DNA of 64,000 bases from an uncultured virus (IMG/VR IMGVR_UViG_3300034159_000040) (IMGVR_UViG_3300034159_000040); one strand, 5' to 3'; positions 1 through 9,914 are shown, counted from the stretch's first letter. Numbers and translations: made by a program. The notes: generated by a model not told the origin, from the sequence alone.

Positions 1-131
1 GTCGTTCGAAGACCTCAAACGCCACTTCCCGGTCTCGACCTACATCAAGGCTTGCGGCGTAGGCGTGAGCTATCTTCTCCGCGTCTTTGATGGCGCGGTC
101 TCTGTCCCCAATCGTCGGGCTGTCGATGACA

Positions 132-314
132 TTAGGCGCCTGATCCATCGCCCCTCCCAAGTGCTCTGTTCATGGCATCAAGCCACCGTTGGGACCTTGC
201 GTAATGCCGCTCGGCCTTCTCTCGCTCTCCTCGCTCGGAGGCCCTGTTCCCAAGGTACAGCCAGTGCGCGGCCTTTTGCTCTGCGTCGAGCGCTGCGGAT
301 TGCGTGGCGGTCAT
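132..314 (-). CDS. small hypothetical protein (60 aa)
   Basis: ATG ORF with an upstream GAGGAG on the - strand (ctcctc at 323-328); helical, protein-like sequence. Confidence 0.55.
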   Translation of the reverse strand: MTATQSAALDAEQKAAHWLYLGNRASERGEREKAERHYARSQRWLDAMNRALGRGDGSGA

Positions 315-560
315 CTCATCTACTCCTCTGCGGGTCCGCGGTGCGGACCCTGGTTGTTAAAGGTAACGATCCCAGGCCATCATCAGGATGCGCTCGTAGC
401 GCGAGGGGACGCCGCCGACGCTGACGATGAGTACGCCATCAACGGTGTAGCGATTCATGGCCCAATGGCAGATGCGCAGGTAGCGAGAGGGGTCGGCGAG
501 CATGGTCTTTGATCCGCTGGTAAGGCCCCGTTGCCGGGGCTGAGTGTGGAGTTTTCGCGT

Positions 561-812
561 CTAGTAGGTCACGACATCCAGGCCCCCGGTCTCGGGAAAA
601 TCCGTCGCTTCCGCGGAGCGCCAGGAGTCCATCTGATCGGCCGGGATGCGCAGGAAGAGAAGGTCCTTGGAGACTTCATCGAGCCCCTTGCTATGCGGGT
701 CGATACCGATCGTCGCATCAAAGTCCTTGACTGCCTGCCGCACGTCGTCACTTTCCGCGACCCATTGCAGTGCCCCGGACCCCTTCCCGCCCTCGAAAAT
801 CGCGATACCCAT
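561..812 (-). CDS. hypothetical protein (83 aa)
   Basis: Protein-like composition; lies downstream of the leftward promoter near 860-887. Confidence 0.5.
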   Translation of the reverse strand: MGIAIFEGGKGSGALQWVAESDDVRQAVKDFDATIGIDPHSKGLDEVSKDLLFLRIPADQMDSWRSAEATDFPETGGLDVVTY

Positions 813-859
813 GTCGTTCCCCGGTTGCTGGCCCCACCCGTTGCGGTGCCGATGAGTGA

Positions 860-959
860 AGGATAGCAGGTGTTAGGCATAACGCAAGTCCGATCAGTAG
901 AAGCCCGACGAACGCCGCTTGTCGGGTCGCCTTGCTATGTTAGGCGTAACGTCTATCCT
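860..959. promoter_or_regulatory. divergent sigma70-like promoter pair with a TGTTA-N4-TAACG operator in each
   Basis: + strand TTGCTA(932)-N16-TATCCT(954); - strand TTGCGT-N16-TATCCT; operator copies at 871-884 and 938-951, third copy at 355-368. Confidence 0.55.
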
Positions 960-1006
960 TAAGGCATAGGGACAGCATCCAGCGGCCCTACCAGCGGATC
1001 AAGATC

Positions 1007-1210
1007 ATGAAAGAACAAATCGCTCGCATTGACGCAGACCTGAAAGCTAATCACGAGCAGCAACGCATCATCTGGCACGATCACAGCCGATATGGCGAGT
1101 TCGGCGACCTGGAGTTGACCGCCGCCGGGAAGCGCCACATGGCACGGCTAGTCGCCGAGCGCAGACAACTCGAAGAGTCGGCCTCGGCCGCTTATCGGAT
1201 GCCATCATGA
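1007..1210 (+). CDS. hypothetical protein (67 aa)
   Basis: ATG ORF downstream of the rightward promoter; ATGA coupling to the next ORF. Confidence 0.6.
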   Translation: MKEQIARIDADLKANHEQQRIIWHDHSRYGEFGDLELTAAGKRHMARLVAERRQLEESASAAYRMPS

Positions 1211-1401
1211 CCCGCCCCGACCCCAACAACGCCGCCCGCCAAGCGGCTTTCTTAGCCCGGCGTCGCGCCGCCGGCCTGGTCCTGGTCCGTGGACTGTGGG
1301 TTCCAGCCGGCACCGAGGCCCAGGTCCGCGACCTCGCCGAGCGGCTGCGCGCCGGCGGGTCGGACCCGCCAAAAACCACCGGGAAACGCGATAGTGCTTG
1401 A
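1207..1401 (+). CDS. small DNA-binding / antitoxin-like protein (DUF3018-like)
   Basis: RQAAFLARRRAAGLVLVRGLWVP pattern typical of small ribbon-helix-helix-like phage regulators. Confidence 0.45.
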   Translation: MTRPDPNNAARQAAFLARRRAAGLVLVRGLWVPAGTEAQVRDLAERLRAGGSDPPKTTGKRDSA

Positions 1402-1426
1402 CTTTCCGACAAAAAACGGCTAGTTA
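1398..1426 (+). promoter_or_regulatory. putative late promoter
   Basis: TTGACT-N17-TAGTTA just upstream of a terminator and the terminase operon. Confidence 0.4.
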
Positions 1427-1462
1427 TTCCAAAGATCGCGGGTGTCGCGCCCGCACCACATC

Positions 1463-1500
1463 AAGCCCTGCCCCGGTTCTCCGGGGTGGGGCTTTTCTTT
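1463..1500 (+). terminator. intrinsic terminator upstream of terS
   Basis: AAGCCCTGCCCCGG-TTCT-CCGGGGTGGGGCTT stem followed by TTCTTT. Confidence 0.75.
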
Positions 1501-1514
1501 GGGAGTTCTGGGGT

Positions 1515-2045
1515 GTGCCGGATCGGTCGACGAATCGCAAGCTGACCGACAAACAAGCGCGCTTTGCGAACGAATACATTGTTGATCTTGATGTCGCCGC
1601 AGCAGCTATCAGGGCTGGATATTCAAGCAAAACAGCGGTTGTTATTGGGTGTCAGCTACTTAATAAACCTTTAGTTAAAGAAGCTATCCAGATAGCCCAA
1701 CTGGCCCGCAGCGCCCGCACCGGGATCACGCAAGACCGCGTGGTCCAGGAACTGGCCATTCTCGGCTTCGCGGACCTGACCGATTACGTCGACTGGACCG
1801 GCTCCACGGTCACGCTGAAAGACTCAAAGACCCTGGACGTGGCCAAGCGCCGCGCCGTCATCGAGGTCTCCCAGACCGCGACCGGCATCAAGATCAAGCT
1901 GGCGGACAAGAAAGGTGCGCTCGACTCGCTTGGTCGGCATACCAACGCTTTCGATGCCGATAACAAATCCAAGAGCGATGAGCAGGTTAAGGTAAACCTT
2001 TACATCCCGGACAACGGGCGTAACCCACCCAAGCCGACCCCCTGA
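1515..2045 (+). CDS. terS: terminase small subunit
   Basis: LTDKQARFANEYIVDLD..AAIRAGYS..TA motif of the Terminase_2 family; GTG start after GGGAG; directly upstream of TerL. Confidence 0.9.
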   Translation: MPDRSTNRKLTDKQARFANEYIVDLDVAAAAIRAGYSSKTAVVIGCQLLNKPLVKEAIQIAQLARSARTGITQDRVVQELAILGFADLTDYVDWTGSTVTLKDSKTLDVAKRRAVIEVSQTATGIKIKLADKKGALDSLGRHTNAFDADNKSKSDEQVKVNLYIPDNGRNPPKPTP

Positions 2046-3595
2046 TGCCGACCATCGATCTGCGCCCCCAGTCCGGGCCGCAGGAGCGATTCCTGGCGAG
2101 CCAGGCGGACATTGCGATCTATGGGGGGGCGGCCGGCGGCGGTAAGTCCTGGGCGCTGCTGGTCGATCCGCTGCGCCATGCGCTCAACAACAAGGAGTTT
2201 GGAGCGGTCATCTTTCGTCGCACGGTCCCGCAGATACGCAACGAGGGCGCACTGTGGGATGAATCGCTGAAGATCTATAGCCCGCTGCGCGGACAGCCCA
2301 AGGCCCACACGCTGGAGTGGTCATGGCCCCAGGGAGGGACAGTCAGCTTCAGCCACCTCCAGTACGACGAGGATGTCTACGCCTGGCAAGGTGGGCAGAT
2401 TTGCTACCTCGCGTTCGATGAGCTGACGCATTTCACCGCGGCGCAGTTCTGGTACATGCTCAGCCGTAACCGCTCCATGTGCGGGGTGCGGCCCTACGTC
2501 CGGGCAACCTGCAACCCGGACCCCAACAGCTTCGTCGCCCACCTGATCGCCTGGTGGATCGACCAGGACACCGGCTACGCCATCCCTAGCCGCTCGGGCT
2601 TGCTGCGCTGGTTCGTGCGCGTCAACGATGCCCTGCACTGGGCCGATGCGCCGGGGCCGCTCAAGGCCCGCTTCCCGGACGCGGGCGAGCCCAAGAGCCT
2701 GACCTTCATCGGCGCATCGATCGAGGACAACCAAGTCCTGCTGCGGGCCGATCCGGGCTACCTCGCCAACCTAAACGCCCTGCCAACGGTCGAGCGGGAA
2801 CGGCTAAAGAAGGGCAACTGGAAGATTCGCGACGAGCGGCTGTGCATCTACAAGCCGTCCTGGTGGCGAATCTGGCCGGACGACAGGCCATACCCAAAGA
2901 TTCTGCATGTGTTCGCCAGTTGGGACACGGCGTTCACGGCCGCCGATCAGCGCCTCACGGCGAGCGGCAAGCCCCCGGATCAGTCCAAGATTGCCTATTC
3001 AGCCTGCACCGTCTGGGGCGTGTGGCTGGACGAGAAAGACTTCACCAAAGCGGTCCCAGGCGGGCGCCACAAACTGCTCCTGCTGGCCTCCTGGTGGGGG
3101 CGCGTGGACTGGCCAGACCTCAAGACGAAGGTCGCTAAGATCGGTACGGAGAAACTCACCCATCCCAGCGACGCGCACCTGATCGAGAAAGCGGCGTCCG
3201 GGCAATCCCTGCTCCAGGACCTGCGTCGCAACCCGCGCCAATGCCGCGTGATCGGCGTCATGCCGACCGATGGCGACGGCAAGATGGACGCCAAAGTCCT
3301 GCGGGCCTATTTGTTTCAACCATATCTGAAGGACGGCTATGTCTGGGCACCCAACAAGCAGTGGGCACGCGACACCATCGAGTGGCTGGCCGCGTTCCCC
3401 GGCGGCGACCCTCCGTCCGCCGACCTCGCCGACACGATGAGCATGGCCGGGCAGCATCTTACCCGCGGCTGGTGGATTCACCACCCCGACGACGACACCG
3501 AACCGACCCCACCCCCCGAGTTCCCCGACGACGACGACGATCCGCACGCGCGACCGACCGACCGCACAGGAGGGCGCGGATATGGCGCGTGGTGA
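2045..3595 (+). CDS. terL: terminase large subunit
   Basis: Walker A YGGAAGGGKS, Walker B LAFDELTHF, TCNP coupling motif, nuclease motifs SWDTA and DLADT. Confidence 0.95.
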   Translation: MPTIDLRPQSGPQERFLASQADIAIYGGAAGGGKSWALLVDPLRHALNNKEFGAVIFRRTVPQIRNEGALWDESLKIYSPLRGQPKAHTLEWSWPQGGTVSFSHLQYDEDVYAWQGGQICYLAFDELTHFTAAQFWYMLSRNRSMCGVRPYVRATCNPDPNSFVAHLIAWWIDQDTGYAIPSRSGLLRWFVRVNDALHWADAPGPLKARFPDAGEPKSLTFIGASIEDNQVLLRADPGYLANLNALPTVERERLKKGNWKIRDERLCIYKPSWWRIWPDDRPYPKILHVFASWDTAFTAADQRLTASGKPPDQSKIAYSACTVWGVWLDEKDFTKAVPGGRHKLLLLASWWGRVDWPDLKTKVAKIGTEKLTHPSDAHLIEKAASGQSLLQDLRRNPRQCRVIGVMPTDGDGKMDAKVLRAYLFQPYLKDGYVWAPNKQWARDTIEWLAAFPGGDPPSADLADTMSMAGQHLTRGWWIHHPDDDTEPTPPPEFPDDDDDPHARPTDRTGGRGYGAW

Positions 3596-5921
3596 ATATC
3601 GGTTGGCCGAACAGATCGAGCAACTGGACACCGGACACCCCTGGCGCCGGCGCGACGGCCGGCTGGCCCCTATGCCCTTTGAGGCGGTCCCGCCCTCCAC
3701 GGCCCCGGACGGACCGCTCGGGACCTTCATCCCTCCCGGCCCCGAGATCGACCCCGCCGACATCCCGATGGAGTCGGATTTCCTGGCCGCGCTCGGAATC
3801 CAGACATACCCCGGCGACGAGCCGGACGCCGGCCCCGAGTCGGCGGCCGAGGAGTTCGGCGAGAACCTGGCCGAGTATCTGACCCAGGGCGACCGCGATA
3901 CCCTGGCGCAAACCATCATTGACTGGGTGCGGATCGACAAGGCCGGCCGCGCCGAGTGGGAGGATCGCGAGGCACTGGGCATCGTCGCCCTGGGCGTGAC
4001 GCGCGAGCAACTGCGCGATGCGGCCCCGGCCACCTGGAGGTCGCGGTGCGTCCATCCCGGGCTCGCCCTGTCCTGCATCAATTTCTGGGCGCGCGCGTTC
4101 GGCGAACTGTGGCAGGGCGGGAAGCTCGCGAAAACCGTGGTCCTGGGCGAGACGACACCCGAGAGTGAGCAGCAGGCCGCCCGCGTCGCGGACTACCTGA
4201 ACTTCCTCTACAGCGAAGAGATGCCGGCGGCCGCCGACGAGCTGTCGCGGATGCTGTTCAGATTGCCGCTGTCGGGATCGGTGTTCCGCGAGGCGTATTT
4301 CGACCCGATCGAGAAAACGGTCGTGGTCGAGTTCGTGGAAGCGGCCGATCTGGTGAAGCCCTACAAGTCGTCCGATCTGCGTAAGGCCCCGCGGTTCACG
4401 CGCATCAAGCGGATGACGCGCAACGATCTGCACCGACTGGAGATCGAAGGCTATTTCCTGGCCGGGCAGGTCAAAAATCAACCGATCAGCGAGACGCTGG
4501 GCGATTCGGTGATCGATGCGGTGATTGATGATGCCACCGGGCAGCGTCCCGGCGTCGATGCCGGCCGTCACGAGGCCGAGTTCGACAACCGTGACACGCT
4601 CTATGAGTGCTACGGCATCCTGAACCTGGAGGATTACCACTGGACCGATCCCCTGGGCGAGCGCTGGGGCGTGCCGTACCTGGTCACCGTCCACATGGGC
4701 GATCAGAAAACCCTGTCAATCCGGCGCAACTGGCGCCCCTCCGATCCGACCAAGCGGCGGCGGTTGACGGTCACTGAGTACAAGTTCCTGCCGGGGCTGG
4801 ACGGCTACGGGTTCGGGCTGATCCATATCGCCGGCGACCTGGCCGCCGCCCTGACCGGCTTGACGCGCTATGTGATGGACGGCAACACGCTCGATACGCA
4901 AGGGCGGCTCTCCGGCTGGGTGTCCCAGGACGTGGTGGGGGCAGGCGACATGCCCGCCTTCGTGCTCGGGCAGTTCACCAAGATCCCGCAGGGCTCGGCC
5001 GACGAGCTGCGCAAGGGTTTCATCACCCCAGACTTCAAGTGGACGCCCAACAACACGCTGGCGATCATGGAGTATCTCGATAAGCTCATGGGTGCGTTGG
5101 TGTCTAGCACCGAAAGCGTGACCGGGGACGAGAACCAGGCGGTGGCTGTGGGCACGACTTTGGCCCGCATCGAGCAGCGCCTGAAGTCCTTCGTGTCGAT
5201 CTTCAGCCTCCTGCACAGCGCGCTCAAGCGTGAGCTGCGGGCGGTCGCCGAACTGGTCGCCGACAACACCCCGCCGGAAGGCTATCCGTACCGAGTCGAA
5301 GGCCAGGACCAGATGATCCTCGCCACGGATTTCAGCGACCAGGTGGACGTGATCCCCGCCAGTGACCCGAACGTCGTCACCGGTGCGCAGCGCATCGCCA
5401 TGGCGCAGTTGGTCGAGGAGACGGTCTCGAAGGACCCCGAGGTGTTCGGGCCGCGCCAGCGCATGGAAGCCCATCGCAACGTGCTGGAGGCGGCGCGGGT
5501 GCCGAATCTGGACCGCTTCTTCCCCGCGGCGAATGAGCCCCTGCCGGTCGAGGCGGCCCAGGCCGCCCAGCAGCAGGCGATGCAGGCCCAGGTCCGGGCG
5601 CAGCAACCCGACCCGAATGTCCCGCCGCCGCCCGACCCGGTGACCGCGGACGTGCAGCGGCGGGACGCCCAGGCCCAGGCCAAGATCCAAGCGACCCAGG
5701 CCGAGATCGCCCGCAAGGACGCGCAAGCTCAAGCCGAGATCGACGCCAAGGCCCAGGCCATGCAGACCGACATGCCGCTTCAGCGTGAGGGCAGCGCGGC
5801 CGTGGTGCAGTCGCAGCAGGATGCCGAGGTGGCGCAACTGCAACAGGAAATTCTGGCGGCGGCCCGCGAGCAACAGATGGCGAACCAGTACAGCCAGGTT
5901 GGTCCAGAAAATGCGACCTGA
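3582..5921 (+). CDS. portal protein
   Basis: 779 aa directly after TerL; KFLPGLDGYGFGLIH, VGTTLA and DVIPASDPN motifs seen in podovirus portals; Q-rich C-terminal barrel. Confidence 0.85.
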   Translation: MARGEYRLAEQIEQLDTGHPWRRRDGRLAPMPFEAVPPSTAPDGPLGTFIPPGPEIDPADIPMESDFLAALGIQTYPGDEPDAGPESAAEEFGENLAEYLTQGDRDTLAQTIIDWVRIDKAGRAEWEDREALGIVALGVTREQLRDAAPATWRSRCVHPGLALSCINFWARAFGELWQGGKLAKTVVLGETTPESEQQAARVADYLNFLYSEEMPAAADELSRMLFRLPLSGSVFREAYFDPIEKTVVVEFVEAADLVKPYKSSDLRKAPRFTRIKRMTRNDLHRLEIEGYFLAGQVKNQPISETLGDSVIDAVIDDATGQRPGVDAGRHEAEFDNRDTLYECYGILNLEDYHWTDPLGERWGVPYLVTVHMGDQKTLSIRRNWRPSDPTKRRRLTVTEYKFLPGLDGYGFGLIHIAGDLAAALTGLTRYVMDGNTLDTQGRLSGWVSQDVVGAGDMPAFVLGQFTKIPQGSADELRKGFITPDFKWTPNNTLAIMEYLDKLMGALVSSTESVTGDENQAVAVGTTLARIEQRLKSFVSIFSLLHSALKRELRAVAELVADNTPPEGYPYRVEGQDQMILATDFSDQVDVIPASDPNVVTGAQRIAMAQLVEETVSKDPEVFGPRQRMEAHRNVLEAARVPNLDRFFPAANEPLPVEAAQAAQQQAMQAQVRAQQPDPNVPPPPDPVTADVQRRDAQAQAKIQATQAEIARKDAQAQAEIDAKAQAMQTDMPLQREGSAAVVQSQQDAEVAQLQQEILAAAREQQMANQYSQVGPENAT

Positions 5922-6053
5922 CGAAAAAAGCGACCCCCGCGAACGGGGAACACGTCGCGGCGATCTTAGCCCGCGTCTCGGCGTCAGGAGAACCCCAGCG
6001 AACTGGGAAATACCATCAGGTCGCGTGCACAGAATACCACGGGAGCCGATTGC

Positions 6054-6257
6054 TTGACCGACCTGCGCCGCTTCCTGGACGCCTGCCAGGCCGCCATCGA
6101 GGCGCGCCGCACCGAGATCGCCCTGGCCAATGGCATCAGCCGCGACCGTGTGCTCGATCAGTACCGATTCGCGGCCGGGCAATGCGCCGGACTCACCGAG
6201 GCCGCGACCATCCTGGACGCGCAACTGAAGAAACTCACCGAAGAGGAAGCCGACTGA
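6054..6257 (+). CDS. small hypothetical protein between portal and GroES-like gene
   Basis: 67 aa helical ORF (YRFAAGQCAGL); TTG start after GGGAG; coupled to the next gene. Confidence 0.65.
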   Translation: MTDLRRFLDACQAAIEARRTEIALANGISRDRVLDQYRFAAGQCAGLTEAATILDAQLKKLTEEEAD

Positions 6258-6745
6258 TGGGCGTCGCATCGCTGATCCAGATCCCCGCACTTAAAGACCT
6301 GCCGGCCGACCTGCGCCCCGCCGGCGCCATGCGCTTCGAGCTGCCCGAAATCGACCGCGAGCGGTTGCCGGTCGTGGTCGGCTACCGCCTCGCCGTGCTG
6401 CCGGTGCGCCCCCCGCGCGCGACCGAGGGCGGCATTGCCCTGGTGCAGGAGTCGGTGACGAACATGCAGGTCATGCGCACCACCGGCGTCGTGGTGCGGG
6501 TCGGCCCGCTGGCCTTCGGCACCCAACGCGGTTGGCCCGAGGGCTACCGCTCCATCCTGGGGTTCACCGACGCAAACCCGGACCGTGACATCTGGGTCCA
6601 GTTCCAAGCCCATGCTGGGCAGGACGTGCCGATCGCCTCGCGCGACGGCACCGAGCAACTGACCCTGAAATACCTCAACGACGCCGACATCCTGGCGGTG
6701 TTCGCCTCCCCGGATGATGCGCTGGCGTTCACCGTGCTGATCTAG
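6257..6745 (+). CDS. GroES-like co-chaperonin
   Basis: GYRLAVLP..TEGGIAL..GVVVRVGP..YLNDADILAV follows the Cpn10 pattern. Confidence 0.8.
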   Translation: MGVASLIQIPALKDLPADLRPAGAMRFELPEIDRERLPVVVGYRLAVLPVRPPRATEGGIALVQESVTNMQVMRTTGVVVRVGPLAFGTQRGWPEGYRSILGFTDANPDRDIWVQFQAHAGQDVPIASRDGTEQLTLKYLNDADILAVFASPDDALAFTVLI

Positions 6746-6754
6746 GAGCCGCCC

Positions 6755-7537
6755 ATGGCCGACGAAAACGCAGACCTGACCGACCTGGAGCGCGAGATCG
6801 ACGAGACCGTCATCGAGGACGCGCCCACGGATGAGGATTTCAAAGCCGGCGCGGCGGATGACGCCGACGATGCCCTAGACCTCCCGGCCGCGCAACCCGC
6901 CCGCCGCGAGGCCCCCGAGATCGCCGACGACCTGGAGGTGGCCCGCAACCAGGCGGCGCGCGCCGCGCAGGAGTGGGAGGCTTACTACGCCGCCAAGGAC
7001 CAGGAACTTGCCGAGGCGCGCAAAGCCGCCGCGGACGCCAACGAATCAGGCGAACTGACCTCCGCTGAACTGGTCGCCGCCCAAGAGCGGCTCCAGGGCG
7101 CGGTGCTCGACCATCGGGAGGCGGCTAAAGGCGTCCAGAAGGCCCGCGATGACCTCGCGCAAGCGTCCCGGCCCCGGACCCAGGCCGCGCAATCCTGGAT
7201 TGACGCCAATCCGCGCTTCAAAACCGACGTGGCCTTCCGCGACCGGGCGGCGCAGATCGCGGCCGAACTTCAAGCCGACTACCGCACCGACAGCCCCCTT
7301 ATGTACCAGGAACTCGACCGCCGCTTGCGCGCCAAGACCGTCATGGGGAACAAGGGAGCGGCCCGCGCCGGCGGCGCCCCGACCAGCCGGCAGCCGGAGC
7401 GCGGGCGCGATGTCGCCACCGCGACGGCCACGCCGTTCGACGTGAAGTGGATGCGCAAGGTCGGGCTCGACCCCAGCAACAAGCGCCACCTGGGCGAGTG
7501 GAAGAAGCACTACAACGACCTGGCCGCGGAGGGCTAA
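6755..7537 (+). CDS. putative head scaffolding protein
   Basis: Acidic N-terminus, coiled coil, W..NP.F motif and position before the capsid genes. Confidence 0.6.
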   Translation: MADENADLTDLEREIDETVIEDAPTDEDFKAGAADDADDALDLPAAQPARREAPEIADDLEVARNQAARAAQEWEAYYAAKDQELAEARKAAADANESGELTSAELVAAQERLQGAVLDHREAAKGVQKARDDLAQASRPRTQAAQSWIDANPRFKTDVAFRDRAAQIAAELQADYRTDSPLMYQELDRRLRAKTVMGNKGAARAGGAPTSRQPERGRDVATATATPFDVKWMRKVGLDPSNKRHLGEWKKHYNDLAAEG

Positions 7538-7540
7538 CCC

Positions 7541-8194
7541 ATGGCATCACCTGACACCAGCCAGCGGGCCACGGCCCCGCAGCGCCCCTTCACGGCCAAC
7601 AGCGAGCCGACCGACCAGCCCAAGCTCGGGGCCGCGCCCCAGCCCGCCGACCTGCCCCCGCTGACCCTGGACACCCAGGCCGACGGCGTGCCGGAGATCA
7701 TGGGCCTGTTGTTCGCCAACGATGCCATCGGCTCGGCTATCCCACTGCTCGGCGATGACGACGAGATGCGCGAGATCGGGGATCTGGAGCGCAACACCCC
7801 GCCCGTGCGCCCCGGCTTCGTCCATGCCTGGATTCGCGGTTGGTACGCCGACGGCAAGCCGGACAGCAAGAACCTGAACAAGATGCTCGCCAGCCGCCGC
7901 AACCCGCTGGGCTGGACCCCGCGCGTGCCGAGCACCGACGAGGCCGCTTCCTACTCGCTGATCTCCTGGGGTGGGCATTCGCTGATCGCGGTCAACGGCA
8001 TGATCCTGATGGAGCGCACCGTCGAGGCCGACGAGCGCGCCCGCCGGGTTAATCGGCGGCGCATCGAGGAGCAGAGCCTGGGTGCCAACCTGGAGTCCGA
8101 TGGCGCGTTTGACAGCAAATTTGCGCGCACCTTCGGCCGGGCGACAGCCACCGCGAAAGTCGGTCGCGAGGCGGCAGATTTCATTGACAGCTAA
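7541..8194 (+). CDS. hypothetical head-module protein
   Basis: PPVRPGFVHAWIR..GWTP..NGMILME pattern; position in the head operon. Confidence 0.65.
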   Translation: MASPDTSQRATAPQRPFTANSEPTDQPKLGAAPQPADLPPLTLDTQADGVPEIMGLLFANDAIGSAIPLLGDDDEMREIGDLERNTPPVRPGFVHAWIRGWYADGKPDSKNLNKMLASRRNPLGWTPRVPSTDEAASYSLISWGGHSLIAVNGMILMERTVEADERARRVNRRRIEEQSLGANLESDGAFDSKFARTFGRATATAKVGREAADFIDS

Positions 8195-8249
8195 GTCCCG
8201 GCGCAAGCCGGATTCCGGGGCGAACCCCCGCTTTGTGAGGTAACGCGAG

Positions 8250-8813
8250 ATGGCAAACGCCAATGCTCCCAGCGGCTTCACCCCGATTCGTCACCGGACC
8301 GGGGGGAACACGTCAACCAATCCCTACAGCATCGCCAGCGGCTACGCCACCGCCATCGGGCTGGGCGACCCGGTACAGATGACCGGGACCGGCAAGAACA
8401 TCGAGCTGGCGGAAGCCGGCAACGTCGATAACATCGGGGTCTTCGCCGGATGCCAATACAACGACGCCAACGGCGAGCCGAAGTGGGTCGAGCAGTGGAC
8501 GGCTGGCACCGTGGCCACCGACGTGATTGCCTACGTCTACGATGACCCGTTCATGACCTATGAGGCGCAAATGGATACCTGCGCCGCCGCCAACATCGGC
8601 ACCCTGGCCGATTGGGTCATCGGTGCGCCCACGGCGGCGCATCCGCGCTCCTCCACCTACCTGACCGCCGGGGCCGATACCAGCGGCAAGGGTATGCGCA
8701 TTCTGGGGCTCATCAACCGGCCGGACAACGAGTATGGCGCCTATGCCAAAGTCGAGGTCCAGTTCGCTGAGCATGTTCTTCTCACTGGCGCGGCTGGCGC
8801 CGGAGGTGTCTGA
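8250..8813 (+). CDS. putative capsid decoration / cement protein
   Basis: MANANAPSGFTP..IGVFAGCQY..VYDDP beta-rich protein immediately upstream of the MCP. Confidence 0.65.
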   Translation: MANANAPSGFTPIRHRTGGNTSTNPYSIASGYATAIGLGDPVQMTGTGKNIELAEAGNVDNIGVFAGCQYNDANGEPKWVEQWTAGTVATDVIAYVYDDPFMTYEAQMDTCAAANIGTLADWVIGAPTAAHPRSSTYLTAGADTSGKGMRILGLINRPDNEYGAYAKVEVQFAEHVLLTGAAGAGGV

Positions 8814-9724
8814 TGATTAATCGCGCCGCACACGGCAAACTGATGCGCTTGGGCTTGCGCACTCACTTCGGCCTGCAATACACCAAAGCCCCGATGGAGA
8901 TGGAGAAGGTCTTTGAGACCCGCACCTCCAACCAGGCTTATGAGGAGGATGTGAACCTGTTCGGTACCGGCTGGGCCGTGGTCAAGGCCGAGGGCCAGTC
9001 GATAAGTTACGACACCGTGGGTCAGGGCTATACCTCGCGTTATGTCCATGAGACGCTGGCACTGGGGGTGGAGATCACGGAAGAAGCGGTCGAGGACAAC
9101 CTCTATCTGCGGATGATTCCGCAGTTGGGTGCCGGCCTGGCCGATTCGCTGCGCGTCACCCAGGATGTGCGCGCCATCAACGTGCTCAATTACGCAAGCA
9201 GCCCGGCGCACCCCGGCGGGGATGGGCAACCGCTCTTGTCGACCGTGCATCCGCTCACCGGACCCGGGGGCGGCACCGCGAGCAACACCCTGGCGGCCCC
9301 GGCGCAGTTGAGCGAGGCGTCCATCGAGGAGTTGCTCATCAATCTGCGCTACGCCAAGAACGACCGCGGGTTGCCTATCGTCATCAAGCCGACGCGCATC
9401 GTGGCCTCGGCGGCACTGGAGTTTGAGTTGGAGCGCATCCTGGGGTCAGTCGGTCGCGTCGGCACGTCCGACAACGAGATCAACGCGATCCGTTCGCGCG
9501 GGTATTTCCAGGGCGAGCCGATCCTGTTGCGGCATCTGACGAATCCCAATTTCTGGGGGATTCTGACCGATGTACCGAACGGCCTGATCCACTTCACCCG
9601 GCGGGCGCTACGGCAGAAGAACGACGACAACTTCGACACCGGAAACCATAAGTTCAAGGTGGATGCTCGCGACAGTAACGGCTGGACGGACTGGCGCAAG
9701 CTCTTTGCGTGCGATCCGCAATGA
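8813..9724 (+). CDS. major capsid protein (Mu gpT-like HK97 fold)
   Basis: 303 aa; ALGVEITEEAVEDNLY, GGDGQPLLSTVHP, DNFDTGN..GWTDWR. Confidence 0.85.
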   Translation: MINRAAHGKLMRLGLRTHFGLQYTKAPMEMEKVFETRTSNQAYEEDVNLFGTGWAVVKAEGQSISYDTVGQGYTSRYVHETLALGVEITEEAVEDNLYLRMIPQLGAGLADSLRVTQDVRAINVLNYASSPAHPGGDGQPLLSTVHPLTGPGGGTASNTLAAPAQLSEASIEELLINLRYAKNDRGLPIVIKPTRIVASAALEFELERILGSVGRVGTSDNEINAIRSRGYFQGEPILLRHLTNPNFWGILTDVPNGLIHFTRRALRQKNDDNFDTGNHKFKVDARDSNGWTDWRKLFACDPQ

Positions 9725-9885
9725 GTGACATCGGCAAGATCGACGACGACATCGGCCGGCTGCTCACGCTGATCAGCCGTGCCCGCAGCGAACTGCGCGG
9801 CGAGGGCTTCGTGGAGTCCTGGCGCGCGGTTGCCGCCCTGGCGGCCGACATTCTGCGCCAAGCGGAGCCGCCAGCCAAAACGTGA
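9721..9885 (+). CDS. hypothetical protein (54 aa)
   Basis: ATGA-coupled to the MCP stop; MSDIGKIDDDIGRLLTLISRARSELRGEGFVESW... Confidence 0.55.
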   Translation: MSDIGKIDDDIGRLLTLISRARSELRGEGFVESWRAVAALAADILRQAEPPAKT

Positions 9886-9890
9886 AGGGT

Positions 9891-9914
9891 CCGGCCATCC
9901 GTGGCCGGTTGTTT
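9891..9914 (+). terminator. probable intrinsic terminator after the capsid operon
   Basis: CCGGCCA-TCCG-TGGCCGG followed by TTGTTT. Confidence 0.5.

Noticed and set aside
871..951. attC-like hairpin (GCATAAC...GTTAGGC)
   Set aside because: Better explained as paired operators in divergent promoters; no integron integrase and no cassette array.
1398..1514. N-terminal extension of TerS from TTG at 1398
   Set aside because: Overlaps the promoter and terminator; GTG at 1515 has an SD and matches the family start.
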